DNA of 64,000 nucleotides from Desulfatiglandales bacterium (GTDB taxonomy: Bacteria > Desulfobacterota > DSM-4660 > Desulfatiglandales > HGW-15), in assembly GCA_963667015.2 (NCBI GenBank), contig CAXXJJ010000004.1, positions 2,720,001 to 2,784,000 of the forward strand, read 5' to 3'. Positions 45,419-55,895 of the stretch are shown one piece after another. The first letter of the stretch is position 1, and every line of letters begins with the position of its first letter. The translations under genes and the position numbers were made by a program. The notes under the pieces were generated by a model. It did no database searches, had not been told where the DNA came from, and saw only the letters and a list, made by a program, of their open reading frames with translations.

Positions 45419-45720
45419 GCCGATTGTTCAGGTTCCAGATGACCCAGGGCTATCATTCTCGCCCTAGCGGCTTCGTCTCTTTTATTCTCCCATTCTTTCC
45501 ACTCTTTTTTAAGTTCAAATAATTCATTATCTGCCTGAACTCTTTGTTCATAAAAAGAGGCGTCTGAAGCCATATGGGATAGTTCTTTTTTTAAATCTCT
45601 TACCCGTTTTTTTATTTTCCTCAGCCTGTTTAAGGCCTTTACCTCATCATCAGTGGGTATTTCCGTTGGTTTGCAGTTGTTCTTTTTCCAGTCCAGAGTA
45701 TTGAGCATTATATTTTCCAT
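45415..45720 (-). CDS. Hypothetical coiled-coil protein
   Basis: GGAGG RBS, charged helical sequence. Confidence 0.7.
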   Translation of the reverse strand: MENIMLNTLDWKKNNCKPTEIPTDDEVKALNRLRKIKKRVRDLKKELSHMASDASFYEQRVQADNELFELKKEWKEWENKRDEAARARMIALGHLEPEQSA

Positions 45721-46076
45721 GACCTTACCTCCTCACAGGGTTGCACCTCCTATGTATCCTCAATCTAAAGTCAATTGTGTGTTTGTCAACCGCAGGTAAA
45801 ACCTTGGCAAAGCGCATAGTGCATGGCGCATAGTGTATCTGAAATACCATATTAGATAATGTAGAAGTCAGAGGTCAGTGTCAAAAAAAGCTATGTGCCG
45901 GCTTCTGATTTCTTTTTATTTTTTTCTCTTTGCGCTATGCAGTCTCTGCGCTATGCTTTTTACTTGCCTCATAGTAAAAACACGCTTGTAATCTGCAACG
46001 ATATCAAGTACATTCAGGTCTATTAAAAATTCCGATTTGTGTTATCCAAAATACTAATATAAAAAGAAGAGTATAA

Positions 46077-46985
46077 ATGTCAAAAATAGACTTTGATCTA
46101 CGTCAGCTTGAAATATTCTGCAAGGTGGTTGACCTGAAAAGCTTTTCAAAGGCGGCAGATGCAGTTTTTCTTGCACAGGCATCAGTGAGTGAGAGGATTG
46201 CAAACCTTGAAAAAGCCATTGGCACTCTACTACTGGATCGAATGGGAAGGCAGATTCTTCCGACAAAGGCAGGTGAACTTTTATATAAACATGCGATCCT
46301 CATGCTCGACATGAAAAAGACTGCCCGGCTCGAAATGGAAAAATTCCTCGGGCTCAGACAGGGAGAAATCCTGCTTGGGGGAAGCACAATCCCCGGAGAA
46401 TATATACTTCCTCAGCTGATTGGTGAGTTTTATGAAAAATATCCTTTCATATCTGTAATATTAACAGTTGCCGGCAGCCGTGAAATTGAAGATATGGTAC
46501 AGAATGGTGATCTGGAACTGGGGGTTGTCGGCTCAAAAAATTTCGGCAAAGATATTGTTAGCTATAACATCTGGAGTGACGAACTTGTCCTTGTGGTCAA
46601 TAAAAATCATAGCTGGGCAAATAAAAAAAGCATTACACCTGACGATTTTTTTAGCGTACCTTTTATTATAAGAGAACCTGGCTCAGGGACATTAAAGATA
46701 ATGGAAGCCTACCTCAAATCATGGGGCAAAAAAGGAGTTGAAGATCTCAACGTTGTGGCAAGGCTTGGGACGTCCACAGCCATTAAAGAAGGGATAAAGG
46801 CCAATTTTGGAGTCTCCATCCTGTCATCAAAGGCCGTTGAAACAGAAATAACAGCAGGTATCCTGAAAACAGTAAAAATAAAAGGAATGCCCCAGATGAC
46901 CAGATCCTTTTATCTGATCAGGGACAAACGGAGAATCGCATCGCCTTTGTGTCAGGCAATGCTGGATTTTTTGAGAAAAACGTGA
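46077..46985 (+). CDS. LysR-family regulator (CysL-like, selenium-cluster associated)
   Basis: SFSKAA..LAQASVS, STIPGEYILP, REPGSGT. Confidence 0.9.
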   Translation: MSKIDFDLRQLEIFCKVVDLKSFSKAADAVFLAQASVSERIANLEKAIGTLLLDRMGRQILPTKAGELLYKHAILMLDMKKTARLEMEKFLGLRQGEILLGGSTIPGEYILPQLIGEFYEKYPFISVILTVAGSREIEDMVQNGDLELGVVGSKNFGKDIVSYNIWSDELVLVVNKNHSWANKKSITPDDFFSVPFIIREPGSGTLKIMEAYLKSWGKKGVEDLNVVARLGTSTAIKEGIKANFGVSILSSKAVETEITAGILKTVKIKGMPQMTRSFYLIRDKRRIASPLCQAMLDFLRKT

Positions 46986-46987
46986 AT

Positions 46988-47070
46988 ACCAGAAGTCAGA
47001 AGACAGGGATCAGAGATCAGAAAATCAGTGTCTGCTGACCTCAGACCTCTGACTTCCGACATCTGGCTTC
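46988..47070. repeat. Heptamer-based palindromic repeat (CAGARGT-like/CTGACYT-like); also near 44095, 45862, 48838, 51010, 53326, 54365, 55668
   Basis: Tandem degenerate 7-mers arranged as inverted arms. Confidence 0.8.
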
Positions 47071-47088
47071 TATAGTGGAAATTTAGTT

Positions 47089-47964
47089 ATGGAAAAATTG
47101 GAAAAAATAACAAATGACATCATCACCCAATCCGTAACCCTCCCCGATCAGGCAGGTCGTGAGAGAGCTGTAATAAATGAACAGCACGCCATGGAAATTG
47201 CCTCGATATATAATACAAACCTGCATGACATTTATAAAACAGCCCTCAAAAGACAAATCCTTCCCTACAGGTATATCAGGAACCTAGATTCAATCAATAT
47301 TGATGAGCAACTGAAACTTTTAGAATCCAGAGTAAGCATAATAGGTGCAGGCGGGCTTGGGGGACAGGTTATTATTTTACTTGCAAGGCTTGGAGTCGGT
47401 TATTTGAATGTTATTGATTATGATGTTTTCGATGAAACAAATCTCAACCGACAGGCCCTTAGCTGCATTGATGTAATAGGAAAATCAAAGGCCGAAACCG
47501 CAAAAGAGACTGTTGCCAAAATTAATCCGGCTGTAAATGTTACCGCCTTTCATTTACGATTGGACGATTCAAATGCGGCAGAAATTCTTGCAGGATCTAA
47601 TGTAATTGTTGATGCACTGGACAATGTACCGGACAGATTTACTCTTGAAGAATATGCCAGGGGATTTGATATTCCTCTTGTCCATGGAGCTGTGGCCGGA
47701 TTTGAGGGGCAGTTAATGACCATATTTCCGGATGATTCGGGAATGGAAAGTATATATGGAAAGAGTAAAAATTCCATACCTCCTGAAAAAAGTCCTGTCT
47801 CATTACTTGGAGTTCCAGCGGTTACACCTGCAATTATCGCTTCATATCAGGCGGTCGAGGTAATGAAAATAATACTTAAAAAAGAAACCCTGCTAACAAA
47901 CATGCTGGTTTATATGGACCTGTCAAAATGTGAATCAAGAAAGCTGAAGTTCAAGAAAGACTGA
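47089..47964 (+). CDS. HesA/MoeB/ThiF adenylyltransferase
   Basis: IGAGGLGG, DETNLNRQ, VDALDN. Confidence 0.9.
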   Translation: MEKLEKITNDIITQSVTLPDQAGRERAVINEQHAMEIASIYNTNLHDIYKTALKRQILPYRYIRNLDSINIDEQLKLLESRVSIIGAGGLGGQVIILLARLGVGYLNVIDYDVFDETNLNRQALSCIDVIGKSKAETAKETVAKINPAVNVTAFHLRLDDSNAAEILAGSNVIVDALDNVPDRFTLEEYARGFDIPLVHGAVAGFEGQLMTIFPDDSGMESIYGKSKNSIPPEKSPVSLLGVPAVTPAIIASYQAVEVMKIILKKETLLTNMLVYMDLSKCESRKLKFKKD

Positions 47965-47967
47965 AAT

Positions 47968-48099
47968 TAGCCACAGACACACACAGACCCACATGGACTT
48001 TAAAACAATATAGATAATTTAATCTTTTAAAAATTTTATATCGTTGGTAATTTTAAGGCTTTTAATAACTGTCTGTGTAAGTCTGTGTGCGTCTGCGGC
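47968..48099. repeat. Long imperfect inverted repeat between thiF-like gene and yedF
   Basis: GCCACAGACACACACAGAC ... GTCTGTGTGCGTCTGCGGC. Confidence 0.75.
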
Positions 48100-48228
48100 A
48101 AATAATGTTTTTGCCTTTCTATCGATATTTCCTATCAACCCTTCACCCTCTATCGGCTTTTCCAGTTTGACTTAAAACAGAATCTCACAGAAATTGGTAA
48201 AAAAATAAATGAAAGACAGGTACATACC

Positions 48229-48834
48229 ATGACAGCAATTGACTGCAGGGGTTTAGCATGCCCGGCACCGGTTCTTAAAGCCAAAAATGCGATTGAAAAT
48301 GACGGATTAACTGAAATAGCAATAATGGTTGATAACGAAGCCGCAAAACAAAATGTGGCAAGATTTTTAGAATTAAAAAAATATAATGTCTCAGTCAGGG
48401 ACGAGGAAGATTTCTTCATTGTATTTGGAGAATCAAAGGATGCTCCTGTTAAAGAAGAAAATCCGCCCGATGACAACATAAATACAGAAACCGACAGCCA
48501 GAAAATAGCAGTAATGGTTACATCCGATGTTATCGGTCATGGGGATGATGAGCTTGGATCAAAACTTATGGCGAGTTTTATAAAAACCCTATCCGAAATG
48601 GGGAATGATCTCTGGCGGCTTATTTTTATTAACGGCGGTGTAAAACTGACCATTGACGGCGCAGGCACACTGGAGGACCTTAAGGCCCTTGAAAATGAAG
48701 GTATTCATATACTGGTATGCGGCACATGCCTCACCCATTTTAATTTACTTGAAAAAAAGAAGGTGGGAGAAACCACCAATATGCTTGATATAGTAACTGC
48801 CCTGCAGTTGGCTGACAAGGTGATAAACTTGTGA
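48229..48834 (+). CDS. yedF: TusA-DsrE fusion, sulfurtransferase-like selenium metabolism protein
   Basis: IDCRGLACPAPV, FINGGVKL, CGTCL, VGETTNM. Confidence 0.85.
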   Translation: MTAIDCRGLACPAPVLKAKNAIENDGLTEIAIMVDNEAAKQNVARFLELKKYNVSVRDEEDFFIVFGESKDAPVKEENPPDDNINTETDSQKIAVMVTSDVIGHGDDELGSKLMASFIKTLSEMGNDLWRLIFINGGVKLTIDGAGTLEDLKALENEGIHILVCGTCLTHFNLLEKKKVGETTNMLDIVTALQLADKVINL

Positions 48835-49051
48835 GGTTAGAACAGAGGCCAGAAGTCAGGTGCAAACCTTTCTGACTTCAGATCTCTGCTCTCCGACCTC
48901 TCTATGTTAGCGATCCAAGATTAGGTGAATTTCTCTGAGTTTCAACTCGAGAAATGAATGCCAACCGAAGGTATTGCCATAGCTCCCTGATTAATATAAT
49001 CTAATGATTCTGTCGAAAATTAAGCATTTTGATTCATTAGGAGAAATAGAT

Positions 49052-49904
49052 ATGGCAGAATCTAAATCACGAGTAAGGGATTTATTTCTGGACAAGCCGG
49101 AATGTATCATCAACCTTCCTGAATGGATGATTTCAAACGAACAGATCAATGAATTCAGGAAACAATCAGGGCTTGCGATAATAGAAATGGCCGGGCGTGA
49201 CAGTGTTGCAGCAGCAATAAAAAGCGTAAAAGAAGAAGGCTTTACCGATCTGCTTCCTACATACGTATACACCGGGACGGAATTTGGCAGCTGGGCAAGT
49301 GTTCCGGAAGCTGTTGCACGCATGAAAAAACAGCTCCCGGCTAACGTAAAAGTTCACGATTTGCTTGTATTCGGCTCTCCGGGATTCTGGCAGGCTCTGA
49401 ACGGGAGATATGCAGGTGAGTTATTGAATAAGTACGGTTTTTATACACCGTGTATAGGCTGCCATCTCTATCTGCACAGTACACGTATTCCCCTTGCGGT
49501 GTTACTTGGCAACAAACCGGTAATCACCGGTGAACGGGAAAGCCATGATGGCAGGATAAAAATAAATCAGATACCCAGAGGCACTTGATGCATACAAGGA
49601 ACCTGGCGAAGCAGGTTTGATAAATCTCATTACTCATGCCATTAAGAGCCAGATAAAAGATGGCAGCCAGATTGAAAATATTATTGGAATGGATTGGGAG
49701 CAGGACGGGGATCAATTAGGGTGTGTTCTCTCAGGAAACTACAGGGACAAAAATGGAAAAAATATAATAAAAAAGGAAGATGCAAAAAAATTCCTCAACA
49801 ACTTTGCCCTTCCGGTTGCTGAAAAGATTATAAAAAATTATATGGAAGGCTTTGTTCCTGATCATATGGAAATAGCGAAAGAAATACTTGAGGCGAATAA
49901 TTAA
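49052..49904 (+). pseudogene. Hypothetical PP-loop-like protein split by frameshift(s) near 49575-49655
   Basis: AGRDS, PCIGCH, ITGER motifs; reading continues in another frame (..EALDAYKE..QIKDG..CVLSGNY). Confidence 0.65.
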
Positions 49905-49918
49905 AATTAATTCTTTAC

Positions 49919-50215
49919 GCCACTAAGACACAAAGGCACTAAAACTTAAAGACTATTAGACAGGATTTACATGATTTTCGGGATTTGATTTTTCTCACTT
50001 TCCGGAAGAAAGTGAGAAATAGGCATCCTCTAAAATAACACAGGAATATTTATTTGGACGTAACTATCTCCGATATGCCAGGAAATCATCTTAGCGGAAT
50101 AATGATACCTTTTTGCTTTTCGTCCGGAAAAGCAAAAAATATCCCGCTCATCCTGTAAATCCTGTCTAAATATATTTTTTATATGTTTTTCTTAGTGTCT
50201 TCGTGCCTTTGTGGC
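49919..50215. repeat. Nested palindromic element (MITE/REPIN-like); related copies 52414-52711, 55703-55881, 56703-56788, halves near 58410-58453 and 59198
   Basis: Outer GCCACnAAG.CAC.AAG/CTT.GTG.CTT.GTGGC arms enclosing GACAGGATTTAC/GTAAATCCTGTC arms. Confidence 0.8.
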
Positions 50216-50234
50216 TCAATCTGTAAGGCTATAT

Positions 50235-51065
50235 ATGCATCCCAAACTTGCAATGTGTAATATATATAATGATATTTTTCAGCTTAAGGATTTTGCCCTT
50301 GAGCATGGCTTTGACGGTATAGACTGGTCTTTTGAAATGGATAACCTTCCCTCAACACCATCTGAGGAGTCTGCCTGGATAAAAGAAATGAAAAGGCTTG
50401 AGCCTTTTGAAATAAGATACCACTGTCCATTTCATAAGATCGATATCGGGCATACTGACCATGAAAAAGCGGATTTAGCAGTAGCAATCTTCAGCAGGAT
50501 TATCAGACTGATTTCAAGAAGAGGGGGAGGATATTTATCCATTCATGTGGGATTAGGTCGTAATTCCACAATTTCTCTCTCATGGGATACAACAATCGAA
50601 AATTTAAAAAATCTCGTTCAATATGGTCTGGAACACAAAGTCAAGGTATGCCTTGAAAATCTTGCATGGGGCTGGACAAGCAAGCCAAATCTGTTTGAAA
50701 AACTTATCAGAAAGAGTGGAGCATGGGCAACCATAGATATAGGACACGCAGCAGTATGCGAGTCAGTGATAAGCCAGCATTACAGTGTAGCAGACTTTAT
50801 TACCCCTCATGAAGACAAACTGGTAACAGCACATTTATATGATGAAGAGGTGGCAGGAGTGGGCCATATACCGCCTGAAGATTTATCAGATATCCAGGAC
50901 CGGCTTGATTTACTTTTAAATACAGACTGTAAATGGTGGGTTATAGAGATCAGGGAAATGGAAGGACTGCTCAGGACAAAGCAAATGATTGATGAGTACC
51001 TGGGAAAAATAGAAGTCAGAGATCAGATGTCGGATGTCAGAAAGGCATTGGAATTAGTTCGCTGA
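50235..51065 (+). CDS. Xylose isomerase-like TIM barrel protein
   Basis: YHCPF, IHVG, CLENL, DIGHA, GHIPP. Confidence 0.85.
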   Translation: MHPKLAMCNIYNDIFQLKDFALEHGFDGIDWSFEMDNLPSTPSEESAWIKEMKRLEPFEIRYHCPFHKIDIGHTDHEKADLAVAIFSRIIRLISRRGGGYLSIHVGLGRNSTISLSWDTTIENLKNLVQYGLEHKVKVCLENLAWGWTSKPNLFEKLIRKSGAWATIDIGHAAVCESVISQHYSVADFITPHEDKLVTAHLYDEEVAGVGHIPPEDLSDIQDRLDLLLNTDCKWWVIEIREMEGLLRTKQMIDEYLGKIEVRDQMSDVRKALELVR

Positions 51066-51134
51066 CTTCTGACCTCTGATCTCTGACCTCTGGAAACTAA
51101 ACACTCTTTACTAAAAAACTTGGTATAGACTATT

Positions 51135-52409
51135 ATGAAAATAATACAGATCCTCCTCGACGGCCTTGGTGACAGGGCATATAAGGAACTTGATTACAAA
51201 ACACCCCTGCAGGCCGCCCATACTCCTAACCTTGACTATCTGGCAAGTATCGGAAGTACCGGTCTTTTCCATGCATCAATGCCTGGAGAATGTCTTCCCA
51301 GTGAAATAGCCCATTATCTCATGTTCGGTTACGAACGAAAAAATTTCCCGGGCCGTGGTCTCCTCGAGGCAGTTGGTGACAATGTTCCATTCCAGGATGA
51401 AGATATCCTTTGCCTTTCTCATCTGTCGGGCATTTCATTTGAAAATGGAGTTCCGATTCTAAAAAGAGGAAGAGATGAGATCTTGGGAGATAAAGAATCT
51501 CTTGGAAAACTTTTTAAAAGCATTTCAGAATATGAAAGAAGGGGAATAACATTCAGACTTGTCCAAACCAGAAGAAATGACGCCACATTAATAATGAGTG
51601 GAAAAGTTTCACCATTTATCTCTGATTCAGATCCGATAGTAAGAGGGAATCCAATAGCCAGCATAAAGCCTGTTGAGAGTAATCCCGAACCGGAACTGGC
51701 TGAAAATACAGCCATAGCATTAAATGAATATCTTGCCTATTGCCATAAAGTGTTATCGACTAAAAAACAAAACGCCAATTTTCTAGTTACACAGAGATGC
51801 GGCCGAAGAATACTTCAAAAACCCTTTGAGAAATTATGGGGATTGAAGGGGCTTCTTATGGCTTCTGCCTCAATTTACACAGGTTTGGCAAATGAAATTG
51901 GCTTGGATTTCATAACAGTAAAAGACAGCAAAAAACCTGATAACGATCTTGCAGAGAGAATTAGCATTGCACTTGAAGATAATGAACATGATTTTTTTCA
52001 TGTCCATACAAAAGCCCCTGATGAAGCAGCCCATAAAGGAACGCCTCAACATAAAAGAGAAATCATTTCTCAACTGGATAAATCATTTTCCGAATTAATA
52101 AAAGAAATTGATAAAAGAGATGATCTGCTTGTAGCCATCACGGCAGACCATTCAACCCCGTCAGATTCATTACTCATCCATTCAGGAGAACCGGTTCCTG
52201 TTATGATCCTTGGCCCAAATGTAAGAAGAGATAATATAGAAAAATTTAATGAAATTGATGCTGCGGGCGGATGCCTGGGATTTTTAAGAGGAAAAGAATT
52301 AATACTGATGCTTCTTAATTATGCGGATCGATCAGTCCTTGCAAGCCATAAATTGGGGGGCGAGGTGAGGACATATTACCCAAAAGAGTATCCGGTGTTT
52401 AAGGCCTAG
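51135..52409 (+). CDS. ApgM-type cofactor-independent phosphoglycerate mutase family protein
   Basis: LDGLGD, TPLQAA, GRGLLEA, KAPDEAAH, TADHSTP, HSGEPVP. Confidence 0.88.
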   Translation: MKIIQILLDGLGDRAYKELDYKTPLQAAHTPNLDYLASIGSTGLFHASMPGECLPSEIAHYLMFGYERKNFPGRGLLEAVGDNVPFQDEDILCLSHLSGISFENGVPILKRGRDEILGDKESLGKLFKSISEYERRGITFRLVQTRRNDATLIMSGKVSPFISDSDPIVRGNPIASIKPVESNPEPELAENTAIALNEYLAYCHKVLSTKKQNANFLVTQRCGRRILQKPFEKLWGLKGLLMASASIYTGLANEIGLDFITVKDSKKPDNDLAERISIALEDNEHDFFHVHTKAPDEAAHKGTPQHKREIISQLDKSFSELIKEIDKRDDLLVAITADHSTPSDSLLIHSGEPVPVMILGPNVRRDNIEKFNEIDAAGGCLGFLRGKELILMLLNYADRSVLASHKLGGEVRTYYPKEYPVFKA

Positions 52410-52797
52410 ATTAGCCACGAAGACACTAAGACACCAAGGGTAATAAATTAAAAGACTATGACAGACAGGATTTTATGATTTGTTTTTTCTTACTTTCCGG
52501 ATGGAAGTGAGAAAGAGAATCTGTTGAAGCAACACCTCAATACTGATTTTTTCTCGGGTGGTCATATCATATGTCAAACAAAAATCTTCTTGAAAGAATG
52601 GTACTTTTTTGCTTTTCGTCAGGAAAAGCAAAAACTATCTTGTCCATCATGTAAATCCTGTCTAAAAATACTTAATAAACGTTTTTCTTCGTGTCTTTGT
52701 GCCTTTGTGGCATTTCTAAATCCATGCCATTGACAGACTTGCTTAATTCCCCTATAATCCCACAATTTTAATAAGTTACATAATCTCCGGAGGAAAA

Positions 52798-53322
52798 ATG
52801 GCAAATAAAACAGATTACAAAGAAGGCATCGACAAGGCAACAGCAGTATTTGATACAAGCATGGGCACATTTGAAGTTGAGTTACATATAAAAGAATGCC
52901 CCGAGACAGTATGGAATTTTATCAATCTTGCTGAAGGAAGACAGGAAACGTCAAAAGAAGGTAACTTTTACGATAAACTGACCTTCCACAGGGTAATTGA
53001 CGGATTCATGATCCAGGGAGGATGCCCCATAGGAAATGGCACCGGCGGCCCAGGATACACATTTAAAGACGAATTTGATCCCTCATTAAGACACAACAGT
53101 GAAGGCATCCTTTCAATGGCAAATGCAGGACCAAACACAAACGGAAGCCAGTTTTTTATAACACTTGACCCAACTCCTCACCTTGATGACCGCCACTCGG
53201 TTTTTGGCAAAGTAGTAAAAGGCATGGAAGTAGTAAAGGATATCGGCAAGGTAGAAACAGGCCCAAGCGACAGGCCGAGAAAACCTGTTGTTATTAACAG
53301 CCTGAAGATTGAACGGGGATAA
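52798..53322 (+). CDS. ppiA: Cyclophilin-type peptidyl-prolyl isomerase
   Basis: [30 protein letters not shown]. Confidence 0.93.
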   Translation: MANKTDYKEGIDKATAVFDTSMGTFEVELHIKECPETVWNFINLAEGRQETSKEGNFYDKLTFHRVIDGFMIQGGCPIGNGTGGPGYTFKDEFDPSLRHNSEGILSMANAGPNTNGSQFFITLDPTPHLDDRHSVFGKVVKGMEVVKDIGKVETGPSDRPRKPVVINSLKIERG

Positions 53323-53418
53323 AAAGCAAGAAGTCGGAGGTCAGAAGCCAGTAGTCAGTAAAAATGCAATCAGTTGCTGATCTCCGACATCTGATTTCTG
53401 ATCTCTTCCTACCAGCCT

Positions 53419-54000
53419 TCAGCCTGAAATGCTATAGCCTTTCTTTATCAGTCTCACATAATCCACATACAAAACAACCTTTTCTGTTGGTTTATACATA
53501 AAGAATAGAAATTTTGAAATTTCAGAAGTATCCATTTCACGCTTCGTACCTGAAGTAATTAATGAATCCATCTTTATTTCAATATTATTCATTCCCCTTT
53601 TTAATATAAATTCCTTATTGTATCTATCTGCATATTCAGTATTATCCTCCCTGTCATCGATCCTTACAATTAAACTCTCTTCTTTTTCTCCTGGATTAAA
53701 GACATCAAAGCATAATGACTTATATGGACTCCAGTCGGTAATTTTAGTGAAGGGATTAAAGCCGGGATAGGTGGACGGATATAATTCCACTTTAAGTGAT
53801 CCTTTTCCATGAGTAACATGCTGATCGTTTATGCTCATTAGAGTATGGCATTTCCAATGCACTTCATCCAGTTCACTGTCAGACTCAAAATCAAACAGGA
53901 TAAGCTCTTTCTGTTTTCTATCAATGTTGCAGGAAATCATACAGAAACAGATAATTAACAAATGGAATATTAGAATATATTTGTGTATCAGTTTAAGCAT
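53419..54000 (-). CDS. Hypothetical lipoprotein, possible carbohydrate-binding beta-sandwich
   Basis: Lipobox-like MISC, LFDFE, DWSPYKSL, LYVDYVRL. Confidence 0.7.
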   Translation of the reverse strand: MLKLIHKYILIFHLLIICFCMISCNIDRKQKELILFDFESDSELDEVHWKCHTLMSINDQHVTHGKGSLKVELYPSTYPGFNPFTKITDWSPYKSLCFDVFNPGEKEESLIVRIDDREDNTEYADRYNKEFILKRGMNNIEIKMDSLITSGTKREMDTSEISKFLFFMYKPTEKVVLYVDYVRLIKKGYSISG

Positions 54001-54405
54001 TCGAAAAAAATGACACTACGTGTCTCCATTATTTTTGTATTATCGAAGATAATAATCAAGCTTTACTAATTGGCGTCAAATATCTGGATACCGGATCAAG
54101 TCTGTTATGCCACAACAACTAAGCCGTCATTCCTCGGTGTGCCGGTATATCCTGTTGTTTTTATTACTTTTTATATCTTAGTGCACACCTATGTTTCAAA
54201 GTTGTTTTTCTCTTACTGTCATTATATTGAACTTTTCCAATCTATATTGACGCATTTTTAATTCATAAATAAATATATTGCATTAGATTTTTATGTAAAA
54301 ATAATAAAATTTTTCTCACCGCCCATCCGCTATGCTCTCTGCGCTATGCACAATGCCAAACAATCCTGACCACTGACATCTGATCTCAGACTTCCGGCAT
54401 TTCTC

Positions 54406-54855
54406 CTATTCAACAACTTTCAATGATTCGCTTTCATTGATTACTTCCTTAAAAATATCCTTTTCACTGGCATAGGCCTTTGATAAAGGCTTCATTTTTT
54501 CCAGATATTCACGGGTCCGGTCTATGACCGACTCATCATCCAAATTAACCTCAAAAAAGAATCCCTTTTCACCAATGCCCTCATTAAAGCTGTATAATTG
54601 ATACTTATAGCTTACCAAATATTTATTATTACCTTGCCTTTCACTATTCCACCCGACAGGTTTAGCATTATCACCTTTTTGCTCTATATAATCTCTGATA
54701 AATCGTGATACAGTCTTATCCGAATCAAGAACATGAGAATCCCCGGCAATTTCAAGAGCCCTCTTTTCGGGCGAAAAATTTTCCGAACATCCTGACAAAA
54801 AAGAAGCACAAAAAATTAATAACAAAATAAAGAACCTATTGATAAATAAATTCAT
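54406..54855 (-). CDS. Hypothetical lipoprotein
   Basis: Lipobox LSGC. Confidence 0.75.
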   Translation of the reverse strand: MNLFINRFFILLLIFCASFLSGCSENFSPEKRALEIAGDSHVLDSDKTVSRFIRDYIEQKGDNAKPVGWNSERQGNNKYLVSYKYQLYSFNEGIGEKGFFFEVNLDDESVIDRTREYLEKMKPLSKAYASEKDIFKEVINESESLKVVE

Positions 54856-55033
54856 CTATTATTCCTTTGAGTGTAAATTATATTGGAATCATCGATACTA
54901 TATATTATAAAGAATTTCGTCAAACTTCATTTCCAAAGAAAACAGAGAGTCGTTTTTACGATTATGAGATCTTGCAAACCCGTATTACTCGAATTATTGC
55001 GTTCGACATCAAAATCAGAATAGAGGATAGAAA

Positions 55034-55660
55034 ATGGAAATTAACGCAAGTAATATAAGCTGGCATGAAGGTCATGTAGGCAGAAAAACCCGTGAAAATC
55101 TCTTAAAACAAAAAGGCTGTACAATATGGCTTACAGGATTAAGCGCATCGGGCAAAAGCACCCTTGCCTTTACCCTCGAGCATGCCCTTGTAAAAAGAAA
55201 CACATTGGCATATGTCCTGGACGGCGACAATATAAGGTATGGACTTAACAAAAACCTTGGGTTTACTGCAGATGACCGGGAAGAGAATATTCGTCGCATC
55301 GGAGAAGTTGCTAAATTGTTCGCTGATGCAGGCTTCATAACAATGACCAGCTTTATATCACCATACCGGAAAGACAGAGGTATTGTAAGAGATATACACG
55401 AAGCAGCAGGGCTGTTTTTTGCCGAAGTATTTGTTGACGCACCTATTGAGGTATGTGAAGAAAGAGACCCAAAAGGACTATATAAAAAGGCAAGAAAAGG
55501 TGAGATAAAGAATTTTACAGGTATAGATGACCCATATGAAGCACCTGAAAATCCGGATATTATCATTAAGTCCGGTGAATTGACTCCACAGGAAGGTGCA
55601 ATGAAAATTCTTGGTTATCTGGTTGAAAAAGGCTTTTTAATGCTGCCGAATGGAGATTAA
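55034..55660 (+). CDS. cysC: Adenylyl-sulfate kinase
   Basis: WLTGLSASGKST, LDGDNIR, RDPKGLY, FTGIDDPYE. Confidence 0.96.
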   Translation: MEINASNISWHEGHVGRKTRENLLKQKGCTIWLTGLSASGKSTLAFTLEHALVKRNTLAYVLDGDNIRYGLNKNLGFTADDREENIRRIGEVAKLFADAGFITMTSFISPYRKDRGIVRDIHEAAGLFFAEVFVDAPIEVCEERDPKGLYKKARKGEIKNFTGIDDPYEAPENPDIIIKSGELTPQEGAMKILGYLVEKGFLMLPNGD

Positions 55661-55895
55661 TAACCGGGGGATCAGAGATCAGAAGTCAGAGGTCAGAGGT
55701 CAGCCACCAAGTCACAAAGACACCAAGTTTTTTATTACTTTAAAAACTTTAAAACTGTTTGACAGGATCTACATGATTTTCAGGATTTTGTTTTCTTTAA
55801 AAAAATATCCAGTCTATCATGTCAATCCTGTCTGAATATTATTTTTATTCGTTTTTCTTCGTGACTTTGGGTCTTCGTGGCCTATATTTGTTTTT

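Noticed and set aside
49586..49588. TGA as selenocysteine codon
   Set aside because: Readthrough meets TAA about 19 codons later; the protein continues in another frame
54083..54152. Degenerate REP-like palindrome (CTGGATACCGGATCAAGTC..)
   Set aside because: Single decayed copy in this window; cannot be supported further
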